This document shows positions 20,693 to 31,562 of a stretch of 64,000 nt of DNA, piece after piece (the first letter of the stretch is position 1; each line of letters opens with the position of its first letter). The translations under genes and the position numbers were made by a program. The notes beneath the pieces were generated by a model that had not been told where the DNA came from, searched no databases, and was given only the letters and a program-made list of their open reading frames with translations. This DNA is from TPA_inf: Saccharomyces (taxonomy: Eukaryota): the NCBI GenBank assembly GCA_000146045.2, contig BK006941.2, positions 576,001 to 640,000 of the forward strand, written 5' to 3'.

Positions 20693-22621
20693 ATGTCATC
20701 TCAGTTTTTCCTGAAAACCTCTCAGGATATAGAGCTCTTCCAAAGCTACCCAACTTTTGAGCAATCCAACACAAACTCCAAGGATTTCCCTGTCATTTCC
20801 TCGGTTTTATCGCCATGTGGCAGATTTTTGGCTTTATCTACGAAGGAGAACGTCAAAGTTTTTACAGGTCCATGTTTGGATAACGTTCTATTAACAATGA
20901 AGTTGTCCGACGTCTATGACCTACACTTCTCTCCAGCAGGTAACTACTTAAGCACTTGGGAGAGAGCGTCTATACAAGACCCAAATCACAAGAACGTTAA
21001 AGTTTGGTATTTGAATAAACCATTTAAGAAAGATTGCGTTTCGGAGGATATAGTCCCTGCTTACGAATATCAAGCCAAATCCCAAAGCGGTTGGTTTTTA
21101 CAATTCTCCAAATTAGACAATTATGGGCTAAGACTTTTTAAACACGACTTGAAGATTGTTAAATTAAGCTCCGCTAATGCCGACAATTTCGACTTCCAAT
21201 CTCCGTTTGCTGTCTTGTCTGATGATGAAACGTCCCAACATTTCACCACCTACCTAATCTCTCCAGCTGAACATCCAACAATTTGTACTTTCACACCAGA
21301 AAAGGGTGGTAAACCGGCTCAATTAATCATATGGGCCCTCTCTGAAGGTAAAATCACCAAGAAAATTGCCTCCAAAACTTTCTTTAAAGCTGATTCCTGC
21401 CAATTGAAATGGAATCCATTAGGTAATGCTATTTTATGTTTAGCTATTACTGATTTTGATTCCTCAAACAAATCATATTATGGTGAAAACACACTATACT
21501 TACTGTCTTTCCAAGGTGTCAACGGGACTTTGGGTGGTAACTCTGTACGTGTTTCTTTAACCACTGGACCTGTCCACGATTTCACTTGGTCGCCAACTTC
21601 AAGGCAATTCGGTGTCATCGCTGGTTACATGCCAGCAACCATTTCCTTTTTTGACTTAAGAGGTAATGTTGTCCATTCATTACCTCAACAAGCCAAAAAT
21701 ACCATGCTTTTCTCTCCCTCTGGTCATTACATTCTTATCGCCGGGTTTGGTAATTTACAGGGCTCCGTGGAAATCCTAGATCGTCTCGACAAATTCAAGT
21801 GTGTGAGTAAATTTGACGCTACCAACACTTCTGTCTGCAAATGGTCACCGGGTGGAGAATTTATCATGACAGCTACCACTTCACCAAGATTGAGAGTGGA
21901 TAACGGCGTTAAAATATGGCATGTATCAGGCTCTTTAGTATTTGTTAAAGAGTTCAAGGAGCTTTTGAAGGTAGACTGGAGGTCACCATGTAATTACAAA
22001 ACTTTGGAAAACAAAGACGAAGCATTTTTCGAGAACCATATCATTAATAACTGGGAACCGCTACCTGATTCGACCACATCTTCACTTGATCCTAAAATAT
22101 CCAATAAATCAGAATTGCAAATACATTCTAGCGTTCAAGAGTACATAAGTCAACACCCAAGCAGAGAAGCAAGCTCCAATGGAAACGGATCTAAGGCCAA
22201 AGCTGGAGGCGCTTATAAACCACCTCACGCAAGAAGAACAGGCGGTGGACGTATTGTCCCCGGAGTTCCTCCTGGTGCAGCAAAGAAGACCATCCCAGGG
22301 CTAGTTCCGGGCATGAGTGCCAACAAGGACGCCAACACCAAGAACAGGAGAAGAAGAGCCAATAAAAAGTCAAGTGAAACGTCACCTGATTCTACTCCGG
22401 CCCCATCTGCTCCTGCCTCCACAAATGCCCCCACAAACAATAAAGAAACTTCTCCAGAGGAGAAGAAAATAAGATCTTTACTAAAGAAATTAAGGGCTAT
22501 TGAAACCTTGAAGGAAAGACAGGCCGTCGGTGACAAACTAGAAGATACGCAAGTTCTAAAAATTCAAACTGAAGAAAAAGTGTTGAAAGATTTGGAAAAG
22601 TTGGGTTGGAAGGATGAATAA
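20693..22621 (+). CDS. YGR054W: Eukaryotic translation initiation factor eIF2A (642 aa, WD/beta-propeller plus charged C-terminus)
   Basis: 642-aa ORF with the eIF2A beta-propeller region followed by a basic/Ser-rich tail. Confidence 0.88.
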   Translation: MSSQFFLKTSQDIELFQSYPTFEQSNTNSKDFPVISSVLSPCGRFLALSTKENVKVFTGPCLDNVLLTMKLSDVYDLHFSPAGNYLSTWERASIQDPNHKNVKVWYLNKPFKKDCVSEDIVPAYEYQAKSQSGWFLQFSKLDNYGLRLFKHDLKIVKLSSANADNFDFQSPFAVLSDDETSQHFTTYLISPAEHPTICTFTPEKGGKPAQLIIWALSEGKITKKIASKTFFKADSCQLKWNPLGNAILCLAITDFDSSNKSYYGENTLYLLSFQGVNGTLGGNSVRVSLTTGPVHDFTWSPTSRQFGVIAGYMPATISFFDLRGNVVHSLPQQAKNTMLFSPSGHYILIAGFGNLQGSVEILDRLDKFKCVSKFDATNTSVCKWSPGGEFIMTATTSPRLRVDNGVKIWHVSGSLVFVKEFKELLKVDWRSPCNYKTLENKDEAFFENHIINNWEPLPDSTTSSLDPKISNKSELQIHSSVQEYISQHPSREASSNGNGSKAKAGGAYKPPHARRTGGGRIVPGVPPGAAKKTIPGLVPGMSANKDANTKNRRRRANKKSSETSPDSTPAPSAPASTNAPTNNKETSPEEKKIRSLLKKLRAIETLKERQAVGDKLEDTQVLKIQTEEKVLKDLEKLGWKDE

Positions 22622-22951
22622 ACTAGAAGAAACTGATGTATCCATACAACTGTGTAAATATTAACAACGTCAAATAATACTACTTTGAATTGTTTTTTAC
22701 TGTTTCCCAGGAGAATTACGCCAACCTCCCCCCTTTCTTTTTTTCCCTTGTTTTATTGTACTTTTCCACATATTTTTTTAACATCAAATAGTAATTGATA
22801 CATACATAATTAGTGAGCATTTTCCTTATTTTTACGTCTCTTCTTGGCGGATTGCCACCAGCCGCATCTTACAATGTATGCCACGATACCGCCAGGCAAT
22901 AAATGAATATGGAGTGTCACTTCGGCTCCGTAAGCCGGCGCTGCATCCGCC

Positions 22952-22960
22952 ACCACAGTT
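22952..22960 (-). promoter_or_regulatory. Met31/Met32 site (AAACTGTGG on minus strand), about 460 bp upstream of the MUP1 ATG
   Basis: Exact CCACAGTTT on plus strand, which is AAACTGTGG on the minus strand. MUP1 is a known Met4 regulon member. Confidence 0.55.
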
Positions 22961-23137
22961 TTTTTTAGCGTCGCTGTCGCCGCTTTGCCACAGAAAAAGA
23001 AAAAAAAAAAAGAAACGGCGCCGTGTAGGGTTTTGTATAACAGATCGGCCTAGCAGCCAGGAGATGGCACGGCGCCAACTGAAAAGTTAGACTGTGGAAT
23101 TGCCGTTCACCACACTCGAGTGGCATCTAATAAACTG

Positions 23138-23150
23138 CCACAGTTGACTC
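23138..23150. promoter_or_regulatory. Second Met31/32 core (CCACAGTT) immediately abutting a Gcn4-type TGACTC, about 270 bp upstream of MUP1
   Basis: CCACAGTTGACTC. The CTGTGG core and a TGACTC hexamer overlap by one base. Confidence 0.5.
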
Positions 23151-23416
23151 AAGCGGTGCTACCTTCGCAGTTATTGCACACCATGGTAACACATAACACA
23201 GTCTTGCATTACAAATGTGGTTCCTCCTACTTGGCGGTGAATTTCTTGAGTCAGCCCGTTATTTTCATATGGTGATGTAAGATTACATACAGTATATATA
23301 TATAAGGATGATTCTCACACAAACTTTTCCGCTGTTCATCATATTTTGTTTTTGGATTAGTTTCACATTCTGTAGAAATCTTTAAAGACAAGAGAAGAGA
23401 AAACAAAGGCGGAGCA

Positions 23417-25141
23417 ATGTCGGAAGGAAGAACGTTTCTGTCACAGTTGAATGTCTTCAACAAGGAGAACTATCAATTTTCTTCTTCTACTACAAAAAAG
23501 GAAGTAAGTAACTCGACAGTGGATGCTGACAACGGTGCCTCCGATTTTGAGGCAGGCCAGCAATTTGCTACAGAATTGGACCAAGGTGAAAAGCAGTTAG
23601 GTATTTTGTCGTGTATTGGGCTTATCTGTAATAGAATGCTTGGTACCGGTGTTTTCGCCGTTTCCTCGACCATTTACACACTATGTGGGTCTGTGGGGCT
23701 TGCATTAATTATGTGGGCAGTTGGCGCCATTATTGCCATTTCTGGGTTATATGTATACATGGAATTCGGTACGGCTATACCGAAAAATGGTGGTGAAAAA
23801 AACTACCTGGAGGCTATTTTCAGGAAACCAAAATTCTTCATTACCTGTATGTATGCTGCGTATATTTTCTTCCTAGGTTGGGCTGCTGGTAATTCCATCA
23901 ATACAGCTATTATGTTTTTAACTGCTGCTGATACTGAAGTGACCAAATGGAATCAAAGAGGTATTGGTGTGGCCGTCGTTTTTTTTGCATTCCTAATTAA
24001 TTCTCTGAATGTCAAGATTGGTCTATATTTGCAAAACATTTTAGGTATTTTCAAGATTGGTATTGTCCTCTTCATTTCTATTACCGGTTGGGTTGCCCTT
24101 GGCGGTGGTCTCAAAGATGGTTATCAATCTCACAACTTTCGTAATGCTTTTGAAGGTACTGAAACCGCCACTGCTTATGGTATTGTTAACGCCTTATATA
24201 GTGTTATTTGGTCGTTTGTCGGTTACTCCAATGTTAACTATGCACTTGGTGAAGTTAAGAACCCTGTGAGAACTTTGAAGATTGCTGGTCCTACATCGAT
24301 GGTCTTCTTGGCTATAATCTACATTTTTGTGAACATTGCTTACTTCGCTGTGGTTCCAAAAGATAAGTTAATTTCTTCAAAATTGATTTTAGCTGCTGAC
24401 TTCTTCGATATTGTGTTTGGCGGCCAAGCCAAGAGAGCAGCAGCCGCACTGGTCGGGTTGAGTGCCTTAGGAAATGTTCTTTCTGTCATTTTTTCTCAGG
24501 GTAGAATTATTCAACAACTAGGACGTGAAGGTGTGTTGCCCTTTTCTAATTTCTTTGCCTCTTCTAAGCCATTCAACTCCCCAATGGTTGGTTTGTTTCA
24601 ACATTTTATTGTTTGTACAGTAACCATTTTAGCCCCACCTCCAGGTGATGCATATTTGCTAGTCCAAAATTTAATTTCCTACCCAATGAATATTATTAAT
24701 TTTGCCATTAGCGCGGGTTTGCTTTGGATATACTGGCAACGTAGACAAGGTAAAATTGAATGGAACCCACCAATTAAGGCCGGTGTTTTTGTTACGGGAT
24801 TTTTCACATTATCCAATTTATACCTGATTATTGCTCCTTACGTTCCACCTTCAAATGGCGAGTCGGTGTATTCAAGCATGCCATACTGGATCCACTGTGT
24901 AATTGCTTGGGGTATTTTCTTCTTTGGTGGTGTTTACTACGTTGTTTGGGCCCAATTATTGCCAAGATGGGGCCACTACAAATTGGTTTCCAAGGATGTG
25001 CTTGGTGAAGATGGGTTCTGGAGAGTCAAAATTGCCAAAGTTTATGATGACACTATTGGCGATGTCGATACACAAGAAGACGGCGTTATTGAAACGAATA
25101 TAATCGAACATTACAAAAGTGAACAAGAAAAATCGCTGTAA
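23417..25141 (+). CDS. MUP1: Mup1, high-affinity methionine permease (574 aa, about 12 TM)
   Basis: APC-superfamily permease with many hydrophobic segments, 574 aa. Met31/32 motifs lie upstream. Confidence 0.92.
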   Translation: MSEGRTFLSQLNVFNKENYQFSSSTTKKEVSNSTVDADNGASDFEAGQQFATELDQGEKQLGILSCIGLICNRMLGTGVFAVSSTIYTLCGSVGLALIMWAVGAIIAISGLYVYMEFGTAIPKNGGEKNYLEAIFRKPKFFITCMYAAYIFFLGWAAGNSINTAIMFLTAADTEVTKWNQRGIGVAVVFFAFLINSLNVKIGLYLQNILGIFKIGIVLFISITGWVALGGGLKDGYQSHNFRNAFEGTETATAYGIVNALYSVIWSFVGYSNVNYALGEVKNPVRTLKIAGPTSMVFLAIIYIFVNIAYFAVVPKDKLISSKLILAADFFDIVFGGQAKRAAAALVGLSALGNVLSVIFSQGRIIQQLGREGVLPFSNFFASSKPFNSPMVGLFQHFIVCTVTILAPPPGDAYLLVQNLISYPMNIINFAISAGLLWIYWQRRQGKIEWNPPIKAGVFVTGFFTLSNLYLIIAPYVPPSNGESVYSSMPYWIHCVIAWGIFFFGGVYYVVWAQLLPRWGHYKLVSKDVLGEDGFWRVKIAKVYDDTIGDVDTQEDGVIETNIIEHYKSEQEKSL

Positions 25142-25660
25142 CCAAAAAGGTACTTACCATCTCATCTCGATTCTTATAATCACGTATGAACATTCTTATA
25201 ATTGCATTTTCTTTATACAAAATATATAGGTACCAAACCTCATTATAATTTCTGCCATTTAATAGTTTAAGATGCTATTCCGTTTCGTATTTTTTCAATT
25301 TTTATACCTACTATTGCGCGAAATCAAAATAGCATACTAAGAAAAAGCAATATCATGAATTGCTGATGAGATAGATTCAAATTGGAATTAACTAAATCTA
25401 TCAGCAACGCTATAAACACAGATAAGCGCTCTATAAAATCGTTTGTCTAACGTTTTATATAGTTCTTTATTGCTCCCTTACCCTCTTTCCGTCAATAGTG
25501 ATTGTTGTCTCGGGAAAGCTTTTTTTTTTATTAATCAAAGGCCCAATTGAGTTACAACTGAAATTAAGCTGAGTTGGCGGAACAGTGTGGTATTAGCGAA
25601 GGGAAAATCTGTGAAGTGCCCTAGCTACAAAACAGAGATAAAAAAAATTATATTTCAAGC

Positions 25661-28447
25661 ATGGTGGAGCAAGATAATGGGTTTTTACAGAAGCTACTCA
25701 AAACACAATACGATGCTGTCTTCCATTTAAAGGATGAAAATGGTATAGAAATATATCCAATATTCAATGTACTGCCACCTAAAAAAGAATATCCAGACTA
25801 TTACATTATAATAAGGAATCCGATATCTTTAAACACTTTAAAGAAACGATTGCCCCATTATACATCGCCACAAGATTTTGTTAACGATTTTGCGCAAATT
25901 CCTTGGAATGCAATGACATACAATGCAAAAGATTCAGTAATTTACAAATATGCCATTCTTCTTGAGTCTTTTATTAAAGGAAAGATCGTGCACAATATAA
26001 GAAAACATTATCCCGAGGTGACATATCCATCTCTAGGTCGAATTCCGGAAATATTCGCAGAGAGTATGCAACCCTCCGATTTATCCTCGAACCCCATTAA
26101 TACACAGGAAAATGATGAAAAGGCTGGCTTAAATCCAGAGATGAAAATGGCTTTCGCAAAACTAGATAGTTCGATCACTGAAAGGAAACCAACCAACCAA
26201 GATTACAGGATGCAACAAAAAAACTCACCAGCGTTTCCAACCCATTCTGCTTCTATAACACCGCAGCCGCTGGCTTCACCTACTCCAGTTGTTAACTATG
26301 CAAATATTACCTCGGCGCATCCCAAAACCCATGTTAGACGCGGTAGACCACCAGTAATTGATCTACCCTATGTACTGAGGATTAAGAATATCTTGAAGAT
26401 GATGAGAAGAGAGGTCGACCAAAATAATAAGACGCTTACCCTCTGTTTTGAAAAACTACCAGATAGAAACGAGGAGCCAACCTATTACTCTGTCATAACA
26501 GATCCCATTTGTCTAATGGATATTAGGAAAAAGGTTAAGTCCAGAAAATATAGAAATTTCCATACTTTTGAGGAAGACTTTCAATTAATGCTAACAAATT
26601 TTAAGCTTTATTATTCTCAAGATCAGAGCAATATAATACGAGCTCAACTATTGGAGAAAAACTTCAATAGATTAGTGCGAATTGAATTATCCAAACCTGA
26701 TGAAGACTATTTACCTGAAGGTGAATTAAGATATCCTCTAGATGATGTAGAAATCAATGATGAGAAATACCAGATAGGTGATTGGGTTCTTTTACATAAT
26801 CCAAACGACATCAATAAACCCATTGTTGGCCAGATTTTTAGATTATGGTCTACTACAGATGGAAACAAATGGTTGAATGCTTGCTGGTATTTTAGGCCAG
26901 AACAAACCGTTCATCGGGTGGATAGGTTATTCTACAAGAATGAGGTCATGAAAACTGGTCAATATAGAGATCATCCTATTCAGGATATTAAGGGAAAGTG
27001 CTACGTTATTCATTTTACCAGATTCCAGCGTGGGGATCCTAGCACGAAAGTCAATGGTCCTCAATTTGTTTGCGAATTCCGTTATAATGAAAGTGATAAG
27101 GTTTTCAACAAAATCAGGACTTGGAAAGCTTGCCTGCCGGAAGAACTCCGTGACCAAGATGAGCCTACGATACCTGTTAATGGAAGAAAATTTTTTAAAT
27201 ACCCTTCTCCAATAGCAGATTTGTTACCAGCAAACGCAACTCTAAATGACAAAGTTCCAGAACCCACGGAGGGAGCCCCAACTGCCCCACCTTTGGTAGG
27301 CGCTGTATATTTAGGCCCCAAATTAGAGAGGGATGATCTGGGAGAGTATTCAACTTCTGATGACTGCCCTCGATACATAATCAGACCAAATGATCCACCA
27401 GAAGAAGGTAAAATAGATTACGAAACAGGAACAATAATTACAGATACCTTAACCACAAGCAGTATGCCCAGAGTGAACAGTTCCTCCACAATACGTTTAC
27501 CCACTTTAAAGCAGACTAAATCAATTCCCAGCTCCAATTTCAGGTCCTCATCAAATACTCCACTATTGCATCAGAACTTCAATCAGACTTCCAATTTTTT
27601 GAAATTAGAAAACATGAATAATAGTTCTCATAATTTACTATCACATCCTTCCGTTCCTAAGTTTCAATCGCCCTCTTTATTAGAACAGAGTAGTCGCTCT
27701 AAATACCATAGTGCAAAAAAACAGACACAGCTATCATCAACAGCTCCCAAAAAGCCTGCATCTAAAAGTTTTACATTATCCTCAATGATTAATACCTTAA
27801 CTGCTCATACCTCGAAGTACAACTTCAACCATATTGTTATTGAAGCCCCGGGTGCATTTGTGGTTCCTGTACCAATGGAAAAAAATATAAGAACCATCCA
27901 ATCGACAGAACGTTTCAGTAGATCAAATCTAAAAAACGCTCAAAATCTCGGTAATACTGCTATTAATGACATAAATACTGCAAATGAGCAAATAATATGG
28001 TTCAAAGGGCCCGGTGTAAAAATCACAGAGAGAGTTATTGATTCCGGAAATGATTTAGTACGGGTACCTTTGAATAGATGGTTCTGTAAAAACAAAAGGA
28101 GAAAACTGGATTACGAAGACATTGAAGAAGATGTTATGGAACCACCAAATGACTTCAGCGAAGATATGATTGCTAATATTTTTAATCCTCCGCCGAGCTT
28201 GAATTTAGATATGGATTTAAATCTAAGCCCATCCTCGAATAACTCTTCTAATTTCATGGATTTAAGCACAATTGCAAGCGGTGATAACGATGGGAAAGAA
28301 TGCGATACGGCGGAGGAGAGTGAAGACGAAAACGAAGATACAGAAGACGAGCACGAAATTGAAGATATCCCGACCACGTCTGCTTTTGGCTTAAATTCTT
28401 CCGCTGAATACCTTGCATTCAGATTACGAGAATTTAATAAATTATGA
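25661..28447 (+). CDS. RSC1: Rsc1, RSC chromatin-remodeler subunit with two bromodomains and a BAH domain (928 aa)
   Basis: 928-aa ORF carrying two bromodomain-like segments (…YPDYYIIIRNPISLNTLKKRL…, …YYSVITDPICLMDIRKKV…) and a BAH region. Confidence 0.9.
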   Translation: MVEQDNGFLQKLLKTQYDAVFHLKDENGIEIYPIFNVLPPKKEYPDYYIIIRNPISLNTLKKRLPHYTSPQDFVNDFAQIPWNAMTYNAKDSVIYKYAILLESFIKGKIVHNIRKHYPEVTYPSLGRIPEIFAESMQPSDLSSNPINTQENDEKAGLNPEMKMAFAKLDSSITERKPTNQDYRMQQKNSPAFPTHSASITPQPLASPTPVVNYANITSAHPKTHVRRGRPPVIDLPYVLRIKNILKMMRREVDQNNKTLTLCFEKLPDRNEEPTYYSVITDPICLMDIRKKVKSRKYRNFHTFEEDFQLMLTNFKLYYSQDQSNIIRAQLLEKNFNRLVRIELSKPDEDYLPEGELRYPLDDVEINDEKYQIGDWVLLHNPNDINKPIVGQIFRLWSTTDGNKWLNACWYFRPEQTVHRVDRLFYKNEVMKTGQYRDHPIQDIKGKCYVIHFTRFQRGDPSTKVNGPQFVCEFRYNESDKVFNKIRTWKACLPEELRDQDEPTIPVNGRKFFKYPSPIADLLPANATLNDKVPEPTEGAPTAPPLVGAVYLGPKLERDDLGEYSTSDDCPRYIIRPNDPPEEGKIDYETGTIITDTLTTSSMPRVNSSSTIRLPTLKQTKSIPSSNFRSSSNTPLLHQNFNQTSNFLKLENMNNSSHNLLSHPSVPKFQSPSLLEQSSRSKYHSAKKQTQLSSTAPKKPASKSFTLSSMINTLTAHTSKYNFNHIVIEAPGAFVVPVPMEKNIRTIQSTERFSRSNLKNAQNLGNTAINDINTANEQIIWFKGPGVKITERVIDSGNDLVRVPLNRWFCKNKRRKLDYEDIEEDVMEPPNDFSEDMIANIFNPPPSLNLDMDLNLSPSSNNSSNFMDLSTIASGDNDGKECDTAEESEDENEDTEDEHEIEDIPTTSAFGLNSSAEYLAFRLREFNKL

Positions 28448-28772
28448 CCATGATAAATTCACCACATGTATCTATATATGTTCATGCATATACCATATAT
28501 ATTTTGTTATTCATACGATAGACCTCAATCGTTTTGTTGCCTTTCAAAACGCACAATTGTAAACCTAGCTTACTATTTATCTATCGCGGTCCAGAATGGC
28601 TTTCCTTTTTAAATTCATCCCAGAAGCCACGTCGGAGTAAAGTATTCGGCCTTGATGACTATTTCGAATCGAAATGAAAGAATAAAAGGAACTAGGAGGT
28701 TGTTCCAACAATTTTCCATGCCGTAATTTCATCGGTTATTAGGTTACCAGCATTTATCTCAGTTTATTTGAG

Positions 28773-29501
28773 TCAAGGTAATTTATTTTCATTCATTACT
28801 GTATGGAGTAAAAATGAATTCCATTTATGTATTCGCACGAAGAGAAATTTATCATCCGTCAGAGACACCAAATTACGGCCGAATTTAGATTTGTTTGCAC
28901 GTAAATATGAGCCAATGAAAGCGTTATTATTCAATGTTTCCAAATTGTTTTCCACCGTTTTATTTTTCCCCAAGAATTCGCTTTTATGAATGTTTTTAAT
29001 ATATGCAATCATTTTATCAAATCCACCGATGATAAAGTTCCAGTGTTCACTCAACATTTTCATAGAATCGTCATGGCTTCTGGAATCGACTGTTAAAATA
29101 AAACAATATCTTCTTTCATTGCCTCTAGCATTTTCATCATACAGTTTAAAGCCTATAACTAAGTTCAATCCTCTAAGATCATCAAAAAATATAAAAGGCA
29201 TATTATCATAAATCATTGTTTCTTCAGAAAAGGCTCTTTTAATAATAGAATTTAGCAATTGGTATCTTATAGAAGAATATTGGGTAGTTATAAACGGAAC
29301 ATCTTCGATGAAGCACCGCATCGATCTAGTTGACTCTTCAGGAAACTGTAAAAGACATGATTCGCAATATGATTCAGTTGGATAATCAGGCACTAGTAAT
29401 TCTTCACCTAGCGTTCCCTTTTCTGCGGATTGTGTAACTGATATGATCCTTGGGCCATGCTTGTCGCAGAAATGAGCCAATGAAATCACTGTCGAGGACA
29501 T
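28773..29501 (-). CDS. LST7: Lst7, GAP component for Gtr2 (with Lst4) (242 aa from second ATG; ORF track gives 245)
   Basis: 242/245-aa ORF with folliculin-like longin features. Position matches YGR057C. Confidence 0.8.
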   Translation of the reverse strand: MSSTVISLAHFCDKHGPRIISVTQSAEKGTLGEELLVPDYPTESYCESCLLQFPEESTRSMRCFIEDVPFITTQYSSIRYQLLNSIIKRAFSEETMIYDNMPFIFFDDLRGLNLVIGFKLYDENARGNERRYCFILTVDSRSHDDSMKMLSEHWNFIIGGFDKMIAYIKNIHKSEFLGKNKTVENNLETLNNNAFIGSYLRANKSKFGRNLVSLTDDKFLFVRIHKWNSFLLHTVMNENKLP

Positions 29502-30135
29502 TCTATGCATCTATTTCATCAACCATTTAAACGCTAACTTATTTTATGGAGGTGCTAGTTAGTTGGACTTTATTGCTTCATTTATCGTTTGATGGTCATC
29601 GAATAGAAGATTCCTAAGCCCTTTTCTTTTTACTCAAGATTTTCTTTTTCAAGCGTGTTTTTTCTGGCAAGTACGAAAACGGCATCTTCGAACTTGGCGA
29701 ATGAACAATCGGTTTGGTTCAACATTTCCAAGAACAACTACAACATACTATCAGTGTTACTTTCAAAAGTCTTTTAATACATTTGAAATGATATTCAGTG
29801 GAAGTGGAATGAAATAGGCCACAGTGAATAGGCCACGATACACACAGCATGTGTCATGCTCAATACCTTGCACCTGAATCTATATAATCTTGTAGTTCAC
29901 CATTATATACATAACTCAGAAGAAGAAAACAATACGCATATTGGATAGTGCTCCATCGCTTTTAACAACTGATAATTTCAGTCATCTGGCTCAGGGTCTT
30001 GTCGATTTTTTTTATTTAGAAACTATCCGAATAAAAAAACCGCAGGAATACAAAGCGATGGGAATTGCTATTTCACTGAACATGTATGTATACCGTATAC
30101 CGCATAAAATAACTATAAACCTACACCATTAAACG

Positions 30136-31143
30136 ATGTGTGCAAAGAAGCTCAAATACGCTGCTGGCGATGACTTTGTACGCTATGCTACACCTAAAGA
30201 GGCCATGGAGGAAACTAGACGTGAATTCGAGAAAGAGAAACAACGACAGCAACAAATAAAGGTTACTCAAGCACAAACTCCCAACACTAGAGTCCACTCA
30301 GCTCCAATTCCCTTACAAACTCAATATAACAAAAACAGAGCAGAAAACGGTCACCACTCCTATGGTTCTCCCCAAAGTTATTCTCCAAGACATACGAAAA
30401 CACCTGTGGATCCTAGATATAATGTTATCGCACAGAAACCAGCAGGCAGGCCTATACCTCCAGCGCCAACCCATTATAACAACTTGAACACTTCCGCTCA
30501 ACGGATAGCTTCCTCTCCTCCTCCCCTAATTCACAATCAAGCAGTGCCTGCACAACTCTTGAAGAAAGTTGCACCTGCTTCGTTCGATAGCAGAGAAGAT
30601 GTACGAGACATGCAAGTGGCCACACAGCTATTTCATAACCATGATGTAAAGGGCAAAAACCGACTGACAGCTGAGGAACTACAGAACTTACTACAAAACG
30701 ACGACAACTCCCATTTTTGTATATCATCAGTAGATGCGCTGATAAATTTATTTGGTGCTTCCAGGTTTGGCACTGTCAACCAGGCAGAATTCATCGCCCT
30801 ATACAAAAGAGTGAAAAGTTGGAGAAAAGTTTATGTGGACAATGATATCAACGGATCGCTCACCATTTCTGTAAGCGAATTTCATAACTCACTTCAAGAA
30901 CTAGGATATCTAATACCTTTTGAAGTTAGCGAGAAAACATTTGACCAATATGCTGAGTTTATAAACAGAAATGGAACAGGAAAAGAACTAAAGTTTGATA
31001 AATTCGTTGAGGCGTTAGTTTGGCTAATGAGATTAACAAAATTATTCAGGAAATTCGATACTAATCAAGAAGGCATTGCAACCATACAGTACAAAGATTT
31101 TATCGATGCTACATTATATTTAGGTCGTTTCCTACCTCATTGA
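30136..31143 (+). CDS. PEF1: Pef1, penta-EF-hand calcium-binding protein (335 aa)
   Basis: Pro/Gln-rich N-terminus followed by EF-hand loops (DVKGKNRLTAEEL, DNDINGSLTISVSEF). Confidence 0.88.
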   Translation: MCAKKLKYAAGDDFVRYATPKEAMEETRREFEKEKQRQQQIKVTQAQTPNTRVHSAPIPLQTQYNKNRAENGHHSYGSPQSYSPRHTKTPVDPRYNVIAQKPAGRPIPPAPTHYNNLNTSAQRIASSPPPLIHNQAVPAQLLKKVAPASFDSREDVRDMQVATQLFHNHDVKGKNRLTAEELQNLLQNDDNSHFCISSVDALINLFGASRFGTVNQAEFIALYKRVKSWRKVYVDNDINGSLTISVSEFHNSLQELGYLIPFEVSEKTFDQYAEFINRNGTGKELKFDKFVEALVWLMRLTKLFRKFDTNQEGIATIQYKDFIDATLYLGRFLPH

Positions 31144-31272
31144 TGAAAACCATTCGTTCTTTCTGGTCGTAATACAAATAGAAGAGGTAAACCAATCAAT
31201 GGCCCGTTAGTTTGCCATTTGCTGCATCCTTCCCATGCAAAGTGTCTTCGTATTTAGTGATGTTTTGTTAGC

Positions 31273-31281
31273 GACACAAAA
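31273..31281 (+). promoter_or_regulatory. Middle sporulation element (MSE, GACACAAAA) about 285 bp upstream of SPR3
   Basis: Perfect match to the Ndt80 consensus gNCRCAAAW. SPR3 is a classic middle sporulation gene. Confidence 0.55.
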
Positions 31282-31539
31282 GAGACCTCGATGACAGACA
31301 TTTTTTTTTCTTTACTTAATGTATTATAAGTGTGTCTGACCTCGACTATCATTATAATATTAATTTGAAGTTCTATTTTACATTTATATGAGTTATTCCA
31401 TTACATAATAAGGATATCAAGAGCAGATTAGTGTCTTTTAGATTATACATCTTTTTCCCCCCTTTTTTGTTGTTGGTAGTGGAAAGAAAAGGATCAATTA
31501 ACAGAAATAAATAAATAAATAATAAAAACCTAAAATTCC

Positions 31540-31548
31540 TTTTGCGTC
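31540..31548 (-). promoter_or_regulatory. Second MSE-like element (GACGCAAAA on minus strand) 15 bp upstream of the SPR3 ATG
   Basis: Matches gNCRCAAAW in inverted orientation. Being so close to the ATG, it may lie in the 5' UTR. Confidence 0.35.
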
Positions 31549-31562
31549 ATTGAATTTTTATT

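Noticed and set aside
22225-22536. 103-aa minus-strand ORF antisense to the C-terminal basic/Ser-rich tail of YGR054W (eIF2A), along with many similar antisense ORFs inside ADE6, ROM1, TFC4, VHT1 and UPF3
   Set aside because: These are expected by chance opposite low-complexity or codon-biased coding sequence. Each overlaps a well-supported gene.
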